Positions 13,300 through 26,400 are shown, counted from the stretch's first letter. The stretch: 64,000 bases of DNA from Octopus bimaculoides (GCF_001194135.2 NC_068983.1:8578919-8642918), one strand, 5' to 3'. Notes: generated from the letters alone by a model not told the origin. Translations and numbers: made by a program.

Positions 13300-13572
13300 A
13301 TTGCAATACTTAAATACAATTCATATATGTAGTAATTTTCATATAAAGGAAAATAACGCTGGTGAGTGTCACAGTTTGACAAAATCAATGAAAGTAAATA
13401 GAAAAATAATTTGCTAGTAGATATGTGTGCGATGATTAATGGAATAGGAAAACTCAAACAAGAATTTTAATCGAAATATCAATGTAAATGTTATTTTATT
13501 TAATTTCATCTGCTGTCTGCTCTGTAAATAATGTTATACCGAGAAGATGGAGACGATATCGTATTAGTTAAT
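13300..13572 (+). repeat. Copy B of the diverged local duplication
   Basis: See copy A; the block GAGAAGAT(C/G)GAGACGAT lies at 9541 and 13541. Confidence 0.85.
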
Positions 13573-13686
13573 CGTACACACATTCTTTTAAACGCCAACA
13601 ATTACGTACGCACGCGCACTCTTTCACGTGTTTATGGATGTGTGTGTGTGCGTGTGTGCGTAGTGTATAAGTGTTATGTATGTATG

Positions 13687-13734
<48 letters not shown>

Positions 13735-16700
13735 NNNNNNNNNNNNNNNNNNNNNNNNNNNNNNNNNNNNNNNNNNNNNNNNNNNNNNNNNNNNNNNNNN
13801 NNNNNNNNNNNNNNNNNNNNNNNNNNNNNNNNNNNNNNNNNNNNNNNNNNNNNNNNNNNNNNNNNNNNNNNNNNNNNNNNNNNNNNNNNNNNNNNNNNNN
13901 NNNNNNNNNNNNNNNNNNNNNNNNNNNNNNNNNNNNNNNNNNNNNNNNNNNNNNNNNNNNNNATTTATTTTTGACATGTGGATCTTTAGTTTATAATCGT
14001 AACACAAAACACTATTACATTAGCATGAGAATATTTTGATATCCCAGAATTTTCTATAATAAATTTCACATTGTAGAAGATCTTCTTAACATATAGAGAG
14101 CTTGGAAGTCAAGAAGAATCGGAGCAGTATGTCTTTCAGGTGGGTTAACCCTTCATGAAACTTGAAATCGTTTTTACAAATTAACATAAAATCCGCAAAT
14201 TACATTTCTCCCGTGCAGAATAAATACTAAAAATTGAAGATCGGAGCATATCATTTTTAATTTTATATTTCACAATTTTTTTAACAATCAAATGGTTATT
14301 AATCATGCATTTTTCTTATAAGTGTCTCCGATGTTAATGTCCTAGTCATAAATGCGATTGCCCATTGAAAGTTTCATCAACTTTTCATCAAAAACATTAC
14401 GCAGAAACTATCTTGTATTTCACTTAAATACGTTTCATTCAACCAACATAGAACTTAATTATTGCAATTCCAAAGAACATGGTATTCTGCAACAACAGGA
14501 TGTGATGTCGTATTATTTATTTAGGAAAATATCATAAAATCCGCGTCCTTTACAGCAAGTGAACATGAAAAAGAAGGTTGCCAGTATATTTCCATAAGTC
14601 TTAGAAGCAAGAAATACAGCAAAGTGGATACGGAGGCTATAATTTCAATAAACTGTTGATTGTTTCAGGGATATACAAAAGAATATGAGACCCGCAACGT
14701 TATGGCTATATATAAAGGTAATGTAACAATCGTTAGTTGTGTATTTACATATATCGCTCTATTGCAAATAATGTGACAAGAGATGCTTATTAAGTTATGA
14801 ATATTTTACTAAACAAAAGTAATTGCCTAATAAAGTTTATTCAACAGAGAAAAGAAAAAGATTGTAGCTGACATTTAAAACGGCTATTCATATTCTATTA
14901 CTTTTATGAGGGAAAAATTCTTGTGATGAATTCAGTGTAAATTTCTGGTGGATCTATCACTAAGTCAGTCCAGAAATTTCTCTCTAGACGTTTGTTCGAA
15001 ATCCAGAAAATATGCAAGGTGATGTCATTGAAGGAAAAGAAACAGATAAAAATATTTTATTTGTTTACATATTTTGTGTAATAATTTCATATTTTCGGAA
15101 GAAAAATCTTCTCTTCAAGTAAAAAATGTATAACCTAAGAATCCCGAGAAACTTTGATAATTTGCATTTTGTTTGTTACCTCACAATTAATTAACACAAT
15201 ATCTTTTTTTATTTTTTACATGACTTTATAATTTTTACTTCACCTGCATTGCTATAAAGTTTCTTACAAAACGTGATTTCAATGCACTTGCTGAACTATA
15301 CACATAGATGTTTGTTTTATTTTTACACTTGAACACGACTTCAGTTTTGTAGGCATATGTTCTGTAGCAGTAACCACAGAACAGTAAAAAAAACACTGAG
15401 CAAATTTCTGTTTCTCTTATGCAAATAATACTGGTAGCATAAGCTCGTATTTCGGTTCTCGATATGACTGATAGAATATAAGTATTTGAGATTAGTACTA
15501 GCAAATCAGTTGACAGAATTTACTGTTAGTCATGAGAGTCAGATTATAGAAACCCAATAAAAATAATCTCTATCAGAGTGCTTGTCAGGTATCTTCGCAA
15601 GTTTATTTGGGGTTACATTACTAGTTTGTTCAAAATAATGTGTTTGCTTGGGAAACTATACTTTACAAAGTATGTAACTGCAATCTCTGTCCTAATTCTT
15701 TGAGATTATGTGGAGCTTTCAGACCGTCTAGACACTTTCTGTAATCGAATGTATTGAGGAACACACATTATACAAAATCTGGAAACTTTAGTCGATAGCA
15801 GGCCAATCGACAAGATCAGTCGGCCGTTATTAAATATATGATAATAAGAATATGGAAGCTAAAATATGATTAAAAAATATAAAAAGTAAAAACAAGTAGA
15901 ATAGCATTTGATATATGGAAGTTGATTAATGTCTTATTTTAATCAACCAATATTACTGTAATCAATTAGGTCTTGTGTTAATTAAGCTGGACGTTAACAA
16001 GTTTGTTACATTAGAACATTGATATGTTCACAATCGTATCGGGGAGACGCGTCAAGTGAAATACATACTAGATTTTTTGTCTACACATAAAAACTGTCTT
16101 CTTACGTACGTGTTTAGGAAAATAAGCAGGTATGTATATATACCTACATATATACATACATGCATATGTCTCTCTCTCTCACTTTCTTTCTCNNNNNNNN
16201 NNNNNNNNNNNNNNNNNNNNNNNNNNNNNNNNNNNNNNNNNNNNNNNNNNNNNNNNNNNNNNNNNNNNNNNNNNNNNNNNNNNNNNNNNNNNAAAATAAA
16301 TTTCAGGGTTAGGGGTTATAAATGAGGCCAATAGGGAGTTGTAGTTGTAGAGGTGGAAGGTGGAGGAAATAGTAAGTGTAATTTAGGCTGTATGTGAATG
16401 GTAACTTTTGCGTTAGTTTGTATGAAGGCGACAGAGTTACAGGTTGAGGTTGTGAAAGTGGGGGAAATAAGTTGACTAGTTCAGTGGCTGAGGGATATTA
16501 GTAAGGTATGTAGAGAGGTAGGAGAGAAGATAGATGGGGGATTGTAGTGGGGGTTGAGTAGGTGGTCAAAATAGTAGTTGTTAGTTATTAGTGGGGCAAA
16601 GGAATTGTGATTGCATTGAAAGGGGTTTGGTATGGTATGGAGAGGTGTATGAAACTGAATAGAGAGATGTGAATAGGGAGGGTAGAGGTAGATTGTTGAG

Positions 16701-18574
16701 TTAGATTGTTTAGTAGATTGTTTAGGTAGATTGTTGAGTTAGGTACTTAAATTGAGGCACATTGTTAGATCGATCTGGTTTTCACACCTTAACCATATCA
16801 CGTGAATATGAAATTTTGTGCCGAAGTATTTGCATCTGATATTCTTGCAGTCTATACATACATACATACATACATACATTCATACGTACGTACGAACGTA
16901 CATACATACATGCATGGATACATACACATGTAAGTATACATGCATATGCATGTAAATGCTTATGCAAAATTAAATAGAAACATGCATATATACATATACA
17001 CATATACACCATATACCCATACACAATTGTATAGTAATGTGTATATGCGAAGACAGGTCATCTAAATCAGCGCGGGGTGCCTAGAATCTGTTAGTTAAAA
17101 AAAAATATATATTTAAGACTTCATTATATAAAAAGATGCGTTCATAACTAAAGTGTAATTTGGTATTTTAAGAAAACGTAGGTATTAATTCAAGCAGATA
17201 GAATAGATAAGGAACATTTTTGTTCTCTTCTGAGTAAATTAACTGTATACCATGTGTAATTGCTGCTGTTCTCTAAACACATAACGAATATCCTGCAAAT
17301 CTGAGTTAAACATTTCTCCAGCCGTGACCGTCCCGTTTTATTTTATTGTAATTGTTTTGTCAGGCAACCGTGAATTTACTGAACTATAACATCAAATGTG
17401 TGTCACTCGTTTTATAAGAGTGTATTTTGTATGAGCGGAATGAGTTTCGCTTACTCTTTCATGCAGATTTAATAAACATATTGATGGGTGCGCCCTGCGT
17501 TTTTGATATTATTCTGTTGTGTCATAATGTAATTTGTTCTTTATATACAACATATCCTTTAACCATTATAATGCTGTTGATATATTATCATTATTATAAT
17601 GTTTTAGGATAGGAGACAGATAAATCCAACGCTTTGTCAAAGTACAAAAGGAAAATATTATGAACATTAGCTTTGTGATATGCTGTGATATTCGTAATGT
17701 GAATACTACAGATATAACGACTCCATAAATAAATAAATATATTGATCATAAAACAAGCGGATGAATGGTGAGTCACAACGTGATGTAATGGGTTTTGCAT
17801 TTGTTCAGAAACTAAGTGTTGTGAGGTTTCTTGCATTTGATCTTACACTATGTGAGTTTATATAGATTTCATTTCTTCATTCAATATCTCAGTGTCATAA
17901 AAACCACCGACACTGTCTCCACCATTTATACACGCGTAAAGAAACATATGAAGATATATATACACACATACACACACACAGTGACACCCACACATACACA
18001 CGCACTCATATTCACACCAAAGCTCGTTTATATATATATATATATATATATATNNNNNNNNNNNNNNNNNNNNNNNNNNNNNNNNNNNNNNNNNNNNNNN
18101 NNNNNNNNNNNNNNNNNNNNNNNNNNNNNNNNNNNNNNNNNNNNNNNNNNNNNNNNNNNNNNNNNNNNNNNNNNNNNNNNNNNNNNNNNNNNNNNNNNNN
18201 NNNNNNNNNNNNNNNNNNNNNNNNNNNNNNNNNNNNNNNNNNNNNNNNNNNNNNNNNNNNNNNNNNNNNNNNNNNNNNNNNNNNNNNNNNNNNNNNNNNN
18301 NNNNNNNNNNNNNNNNNNNNNNNNNNNNNNNNNNNNNNNNNNNNNNNNNNNNNNNNNNNNNNNNNNNNNNNNNNNNNNNNNNNNNNNNNNNNNNNNNNNN
18401 NNNNNNNNNNNNNNNNNNNNNNNNNNNNNNNNNNNNNNNNNNNNNNNNNNNNNNNNNNNNNNNNNNNNNNNNNNNNNNNNNNNNNNNNNNNNNNNNNNNN
18501 NNNNNNNNNNNNNNNNNNNNNNNNNNNNNNNNNNNNNNNNNNNNNNNNNNNNNNNNNNNNNNNNNNNNNNNNNN

Positions 18575-18621
<47 letters not shown>

Positions 18622-19170
18622 TTTTACTTGTATAATAAACTCAAACACACACACACGACATGCATATTTACATATGCATGCGTACGTGTAAAACAAACTT
18701 TGATCTGCGCATGAACAATAATACAAACGCTATTTTCAACACCAAAATGAGTGGAACGCCACTGGGTGGGGAGTTTCGGATAGCAAGCAGAGGATTACTT
18801 AAGTATGACGTCCCTGACCAAGTTTGGATTCCCAGCTGAGTCGTAATTAACGTTACTGACGTCATTCATGCTTTTGGCGCTACCATAAATATTACATGTC
18901 CCTATTTAGATTTTTTTTGAAATGTGTTACTCTACAGCTGGGTTAGAGAAAAAGAAATATTTTGTGACCGTATCAAAAGTCCATATAGATATACGCATGC
19001 ACGTGTTCACGTTCAAATGCACACGCAGACACAAACAAACAAACAAGCAGATGAACAGACAGATACACACACACGTTACACGTATTTCTTCGTGCTTACA
19101 CTTTGTAAGCTTGCTGATTTAGTAAATAATCATCATGAATTTTAATATACAAATATTACGTACAGTTTAG

Positions 19171-19326
<156 letters not shown>

Positions 19327-19852
19327 TAGTTATTTTTCATTTGTAACTCTAATGTGCGTAGCTACATTCACTTTTCTATTACTTATTGGCGTCTTCTTTT
19401 GAATAAAGTTACGCTATTGGCGCTATGTTGTGTTTCGCAACGTGCTCAATGCCATGATGGGCATAATGTTGTACCTAATTATATCATTATTGTCGCATTA
19501 AAATTATCTAACAGAAAACATCTGGTTTCTTTCATAATTTTTGCCACCGTGCTGCACCTCTACTGTGAGATTTGAGTTTCAGTTTACTATTTATAAAACA
19601 TCAACAGTAATCATCACATTTCTAAAAACTTGTATAGGGAATGTTGTGTTTCGAAAGAGTTTACTTATCTAGCTGTTATTCATGTTTTGTTTATTTACCT
19701 ATTGTAAATGGATGACCACATGAATTAAATATTGTCCTATGTTTGTGTTCTACGAAGCAGTTGATATCATGTTTTACAGCTTTCATATTTAGACGGAAAT
19801 TTTATATTGCGCATTTGTCTTAACAAAGTTCTGTGCATCTCGAGTTTGTGAT

Positions 19853-19894
19853 TTGATGCTAATGAGTTGATGCTAATGATTTGATGCTAATGAG
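19853..19894. repeat. 3 x 14-bp tandem repeat TTGATGCTAATGA(G/T)
   Basis: Units at 19853, 19867 and 19881. Confidence 0.9.
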
Positions 19895-19951
19895 AAGTTA
19901 ATTTCTCAATTTTATTACTTTTAATTTGTATTTTGTGATAAGTTATGATAT

Positions 19952-20186
19952 TTCTTTCTTTATTGCTCGCAGTGGGCTAAACATAAAAGGGACAAACAAT
20001 GATAGACAAAGGATTTTAAGTCGATTACATCGACCCCAGTGCGTAACTGGTACTTATCTAATCGACCCCGAAAGGATGAAAGGCAAAGTCGATCTCGGAG
20101 GAATTTGACCTCAGAACGTAACAGCAGACGAAATACCGATAACTACTTCGCCTGGCGTGCTAACGTTTCTGCCAGTTCGCCCCCTT
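19952..20186 (-). mobile_element. tRNA-derived SINE family B, tail type 1, near full length
   Basis: Reverse-complement match to both units of 61658-62109, including the core TTGCCTTTCATCCTTTCGGGGTCGAT and the tail ...AATAAAGAAAGAAA. Confidence 0.9.
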
Positions 20187-21236
20187 GGCAAATTATGATA
20201 TTGCACTATCCATGAATTTCCTAATGACGTTTCCATCCATTCCGTAATTATTGCACATTTACGTCATCAGCGGCTCTATATTTCATATATTTTGTGTTTT
20301 TACTGAGATCTTTCTGTCATCATTGAGGATCCTTGGTTGTTCAGTTCAGGAGGACACATTTATAAGCTAGATTATTAGTTCCTTTTGGGCTAAAGCTGTT
20401 CAGTTTGTATCCAATTTGTTTAATATTTTACCTACTTTTTCCATTATATAACAGTAATACAAATACTATCTCTATCCTCAGTTGAAATTTTTCTGCGTTT
20501 TGTTAACTTACGAATTCGTGTGATGAATGTCTACTATATTCTTCAGACGAGCCTTTCATTATGATTCTGTGCTGTTGTTTAACGATTCAACACCTTGATT
20601 TGCTTGTTTACGTACTGATAGACCTGCGGGTGTTATTCTATTTATGAGCCACTATGGTGCCATCGATGTATATGTATTTAAACTTTATTTTCATATACTG
20701 AAAAGATAATAGATCTTGTCAGTGAATTTAAGGCCGCAAGTCATCGTGTTCTCTATTTGCCCCTGAGTATTGTCTTGCCTAATTTTGTAACATTTTCTGC
20801 CCACATAACATATTGTTTCCATATAATTTATTTTCATTCTTAATGACTTGTTCATTGCACAAAAAAAAATGGACTTAAAGCATTTAAATGTTACAATTCA
20901 TTCCATGTTTTCCAAATCTTCACTTCTTTTTTCCCCTATTTCTGCTGAGATGATATATCTCTTATTTTCACATGCGAATGCGCCTCGTACGTTACCGCTT
21001 CATAAAGCACAATTCGAATTCTATCTATTCAAATTTGAATGTTTTATTTCCTGCTCTAGCTTGTAGCTAAGATCGAAAAACTAAGTGCCTGTCCTACTCG
21101 AATTGCCAACCAAAATCAATCTTACTCTAAAATCATATATAAAATATGTGTTACATACCTCCTGTTATGTACAAATTTAAGACTTTTTCAACATTAGAAC
21201 TATAAAGAAGCTGTCAGCTTCTTTATATCTCTTCGA

Positions 21237-22252
21237 TACCTCTGCCTTAGCGAAGGTGGAGGTATTGTTTTCAGTCGTGTTTGATCGTTTGTTTGTTTGT
21301 CCGTGGACAAGGTATCTCAAGAACCGCTGGATAGATTCGGATCAAACTTTCGTGACTGGCACGAACTGATTAGATTTTTGGATCTATCCGGTACCGGACA
21401 AGGATTCTGGATTATTTGTTATATTTACTTTACTTTACATGAAGTATTACGATCTCTGATTATCTTTTTTGAAAGCACCCTCATGTTTTCCACGTAAATT
21501 ATGGCGGCGTTGATGTTTCTAAAGTTATAAATTCGTTTCTCTATTATTTTAACTTGCGTATCTATCTTAGTAGAAACTGATAGATAAAGAAATCAAACAA
21601 CATAAACAAACGGCAGCAAAACCGTTCAGAAATTAAATAACACTATCATATTCATTAACAATAATAAATTTACTTTATCCTCGAGAATTTTTGGTTTTAC
21701 CAATTTTGAATATATCGCTCCTGTTTAATGCCTCTTACCTACTTGACAATTGCATTTCTAGTTCTGCCTTGAAGGAAGCTTTACTTCTTGGACTCACGTT
21801 TTTGTGTGCAACAATGTTGTTAAACCTCCATTAACAGCACCGTATGCAGATCCTTTCCGTTTTCTTTCACGCATGGATATATTTTTCACCATAGACCTTA
21901 ATGCTGGTAAAGGCACTATAGACTAAAAAGGCTTTCGTAGAGAAAATATTTACTGTTCCACCGCTAGCAACACACACACAACATTACAAACACGACCCGC
22001 ACACCCATATTCACATTCCATGACTACCATTGAGATCGATCAGGTGCCGGACAAGGATTCTGGATAATTTTTCCGTTTTTTTTTTTTCAATTCATTTTGT
22101 AGAGTGATCGGGTTCATTTTTAGTATTCTCGTTTGTTAGAGCAGTCGAGTTTATTTCAGATATTCTCATTTAAAAAATCATCTCCGGCTAATCGTTGAGA
22201 GGACGTTGGTGTTGCATTGGCGGAGGTTTGCGCTGTCGGAGTACTCTTGTTT
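21237..22252 (+). mobile_element. Helentron-associated non-autonomous element (HINE/DINE-1-like)
   Basis: The left end has the hairpin CCTCTGCCTTAGCGAAGGTGGAGG followed by (GTTT)n. The right end reads TTGGCGGAGGTTTGCGCTGTCGGAGTACTCT. CCTC(T/C)GCC and GGCGGAGG form subterminal inverted repeats. Orientation is conventional only. Confidence 0.7.
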
Positions 22253-23346
22253 TATATTTGCTTTCGATTTATTAGTAAAATCTATGGTACGTCGATAAAA
22301 AAATGCATTTTGATAGTAGTTTCGGCTCTCGGGGATCTGATTAGAAATATCGCTAAGATCAACTTCGTTTTCCACACTTTGAAAAACCGATAAAGGAATT
22401 GTCAGCCCAGTGTTTGTGTAGCGCTCTACTCTTTCGCATTCTCTCTTTCATCCATTCACTCATTCTCTCTCTCTCTCTCTATTTTTTTCTCCCTCTCTCG
22501 GTCTGTCTCTGTCTATCTATTTATCTATCTATCTACCTATCTTTCTACATCTCTCTCTAGTTGCTATTTCCTATTTGTTCTGCTCGTTGAAGGATGGAAG
22601 AGACACGAGTGTGCCTATAAATTCTTGCATTTGCATACGCTCCTCAAACAATAACAAAAGCTTAAGAAAAACATGAAACATGTACAAAGCTACCATCAAT
22701 TTCTAGTTGTAGCCGTTCTTTAATTGATTCACACCTCATTCTTTCATTCCTTATTATAGATTATACCATAGTACGTGGACTATAGAATTGAGTATTATAC
22801 TATAGACTAGGTTTACCTTCAGAAAGATGAGTGCGGGTATGTATTGTAGTTGATCCGTAAAAACTCCGATTATTAGGTAGCTTGAAATACTGATGTCTCA
22901 AAATATCATAGAATTAAATACGTTTAGATCTAGTTAACCATACATACTTATTATCTTTTGACGAGGTCCCATTCGTTAAACATCCTAATTATTTCTTAAT
23001 AGTACGTTTAAATAAAATGCACTAGGTACTAAGTGAAGGTGCATATATATTCAAGTATACGCACATATACACATGTATATTAATGCACGGATGTGTCCGT
23101 ATTAATGGCTGCCATTACTGGAAACCAAATTACATCTCAAGTTGCAGAAGCATCTACTTCTACAGACTTCAGATAATTTCATGATGTATCTTCGATAACG
23201 CACACACGTCAACACTTGAAAAGATATAATTTTATGTACAGCCAATTCCAGTCACACCTATGTTTGTGTCAGTGTACGTTTAATGTAATCCCTTCTTTCG
23301 AATTAAGTACAAATCCAATACTTTGCCTATACCCATAGAAACATGC

Positions 23347-23394
<48 letters not shown>

Positions 23395-23440
23395 NNNNNN
23401 NNNNNNNNNNNNNNNNNNNNNNNNNNNNNNNNNNNNNNNN

Positions 23441-23497
<57 letters not shown>

Positions 23498-24276
23498 ATA
23501 TGTATATATAAATATAAATGCATACCTATATACTTGTGTGCGTGTGTGTTTAAATGTATTCGACATTCAACACGTAATTGCGTTGGAATATTAACACAAT
23601 AGTACAAATCTTAAATATATCCAATATTAAAGCGTATTCACAGGAGCTAATATTGCACCATTTACTTCGTATATTTACTCGAGGCTACTTCTCAAATATT
23701 CTTTTATCTTAATATTTCTCAACGCATTTCGAATCTTACAAATCATGAGATGCCTGTGTGGCTATTATATTATATGGATATATTTCAAGGAAGGTGATAG
23801 AAAGCTATTTAACCTGATGCAAACATTGTTACCGAATGGTTGCAAGGAAACCCTGCAAGGAATGTAGATTCATATATTCTGCATCGAAATCTTCAACAGG
23901 AAATAATTTAACAAACCACATAACATTTATCGCTACACGTTAAAGTGAATGTAACTGATAGTTCACATATAAATTCGGAAATTGAATTATTCTTAATCGT
24001 CCCAAGAATCATTTGTGCGTTTTCATAATATTAATGATACCTTCCTTTATACTACAGATGTGCAATATAAAGATTGTTGGAATATTCTAGTAATAAAGTT
24101 ATCTTACGTTTAAGATATCATGCCGAAAGTCATGATATAATAAAATAAGAATTTAGATAAATAAATATATAAATAAATAAACAAACGAAGCAAGACACTT
24201 GGAAACATAATAAAGCAAAAAAGAAAATAAATTGTGAATCAGAAAATATCTTGTGAACACTAAGTATTAATATTGA

Positions 24277-24487
24277 TTTCAAATTATGGCACAGGCCAGG
24301 AATTTTGGGTGAGGGTCTCAGTCGATTACATCGAACTCAATGCTCAATTGGTACTTATTTTATCGACACCGAAAGGATGAAAAGCAAAATCGAGGTGAGC
24401 AGAAATTGAACTCGGAACGTAAAGACAGACGCAATGCTGCCAGCCATATGTCCTGGCGTGCTATCGATTCCGCCAGGTCACCGCCTT
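24277..24487 (-). mobile_element. SINE family B, tail type 2
   Basis: GTCGATTACATCGA...GGTACTTATTTTATCGACACCGAAAGGATGAAAAGCAAA...CCGCCTT shares head and core with 19952-20186. Confidence 0.85.
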
Positions 24488-24514
24488 GACACTAACTATC
24501 ATATTGTTCTATAT

Positions 24515-24722
24515 TTTAGAGATGAGGAATCCTGTTCATTATTTGTATTATTTACCTTGGACGGATGTGTCCTCATCTTGTTTGTTGCTACTACAAAGTT
24601 TCGGTACCTGATGAAGGATGGACACCTGATGAAGACTGGAGAATAAATCAGCCCAAACGTTGTGGTAACGAACAAGATAGGGACACATATCTTTCCAATG
24701 TAAATAATGTAAATAATGTACT
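24515..24722. mobile_element. Inverted-repeat fragment, probably from a Penelope-like terminal repeat
   Basis: Arms 24539-24604 and 24652-24716 are diverged reverse complements; the centre holds two CCTGATGAAG motifs. Confidence 0.6.
24621..24666 (+). ncRNA. Degenerate minimal type I hammerhead ribozyme motif (Penelope-associated type), probably inactive
   Basis: GACAC-CTGATGA-A-GACTG-(GAGAATAAAT)-CAGCC-CAAAC-GTT-GTGGT gives partial stem I, a core, stem II with 4/5 pairs and a palindromic ACGT in place of stem III. GAAA is mutated to CAAA. Confidence 0.5.
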
Positions 24723-24732
24723 ATCATGTTGG

Positions 24733-24942
24733 TTTCAAATGCTGGAACAAGACCAGCAAGATCGTGGGAGGGAGCTAAGTCGATTACATCTACTATAGTT
24801 CTCAACTAGTAATTATTTTATCATCCTTGAGAGGATTAATGGCAAAGTTGACCTCGGTAGATTTCAACTCAAAACGTGAAGATGGACCAAATGCCGCCAT
24901 GCGTTTTGCCCAGTATGCTAAGGATTCTGCTAGCTCGCCGGC
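24733..24942 (-). mobile_element. SINE family B, tail type 2 (diverged)
   Basis: TTTCAAAT...AAGTCGATTACATC...GGCAAAGTTGACCTCGG...TGCTAAGGATTCTGCTAGCTCGCCG is colinear with 24277-24487. Confidence 0.8.
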
Positions 24943-25918
24943 TAAACACTAGATATAATATTAAGTAGAGTATTTGAATCTGATGTTTATTAAATAAAAT
25001 CTATAACTGGTGGGTTATTTGTGTCTACAAATTTTACTTGCTCCCGTAATATCGAGAATTGTTTAAATCTTTATATTCACTAAGAATATATATTAGCAAA
25101 ATGCAAGTACTGATGACTCGGGAACGACTTTGGCTTGGTAATATGCCCTTTGTTTTCATTAAATATGTAGTTGCCTATGTCATTGGCAGCTTCTCGCACA
25201 TGTGACAACTCAATTTTCTGAATGAGACAGCAGGAATGATAGAGAACCTCACTTGCAGCTGACTAGTACTCCTTACAGATAAGGAAACAGGAGCAACGAA
25301 AACTGAAGTACCGTGCTCTACGCACGATTTGGATCTGTGATTAACTTTATGATATTATGATCATAGGCTGAGCAGCTTTACCACAAGTCTACTGCTTTCA
25401 CTTGAAAGGATATTGTCTTAACAGTTTCTAATAGCTAACATAAGCATTTAAACAATTTACTTTGTCCTCTGAGTTGATAGAAATCTAATAGGATTTATTG
25501 CGCCTACGATATATACGTGTTAGCCATATTTTACTTAATTACTCTTCTCTAACTTGTTAACCGTCGTTATATAGCTCATTTAAAAGCATAGTGTGATATA
25601 TTTCCGTAAAGTAATATACGAAATAGCGATAAGACAAAAGAAAAACAGTGTTTGTAAATATTCGCTCGGTCTTGCATAATAATGTTTTGAATATGAAAGC
25701 GTAGAGGAGAAAGAGCATGAGGGCGCATACGAATTAAAAGAAACCATATGAATACACATACACAAACCCAAAGAAAAACACACGCACACGCAAACAAACA
25801 CACACACACACACACAAATATATACATATGTTTACATATGTTTCTGTGTGTGTATCTGTGTGCTTGTTTGTATGTGTGTGTGGCTGTGCGAGTATGTGTG
25901 CGCGCACGTACACACATA

Positions 25919-25919
<1 letters not shown>

Positions 25920-26001
<82 letters not shown>
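25920..26001. repeat. Compound (CT)n(CA)n(TA)n microsatellite
   Basis: Direct reading. Confidence 0.95.
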
Positions 26002-26002
<1 letters not shown>

Positions 26003-26069
26003 GTAATGGAGAGGAAAATAGTTTGAAAGAGTGAGAGAGTACAAGAACAGCTTATTATAAGAAACGAAT

Positions 26070-26400
26070 TATTCATTGCTAAAGAGCTTGATGGTTTTAT
26101 AGTGTATGAATCGTTATATGGCAGGAGAAAGCAAAAAGACAAGCAAGGAGAGAAAAAACAACATTTGGGATTATAGAAAGAATGTATTGATTCATTGCTA
26201 ATGAGTTTTATATTGTAGGGATCGTTATGTATCAGAAAGAATAAATGAGAAGAAACAATGAAAAGTGATTTTTGATTCATTGCTAATGAATTTGCGAGTT
26301 ATATAACGTAGGGATCATTATAGATTAAAAATGTATAAATTACCAGACGGAGAGAATATCTGTTGATTCACTGCTAATGAATTTAAGAATATTATAGCAC
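26070..26400. repeat. Degenerate 4-copy minisatellite with core (G)ATTCA(T/C)TGCTAA(T/A)GA
   Basis: Cores start near 26070, 26189, 26274 and 26365; downstream TAGGGATC(G/A)TTAT is shared by units 2 and 3. Confidence 0.75.

Noticed and set aside
26070-26400. CRISPR-like repeat-spacer appearance
   Set aside because: Eukaryotic context, irregular long spacers that resemble each other, and no cas genes.
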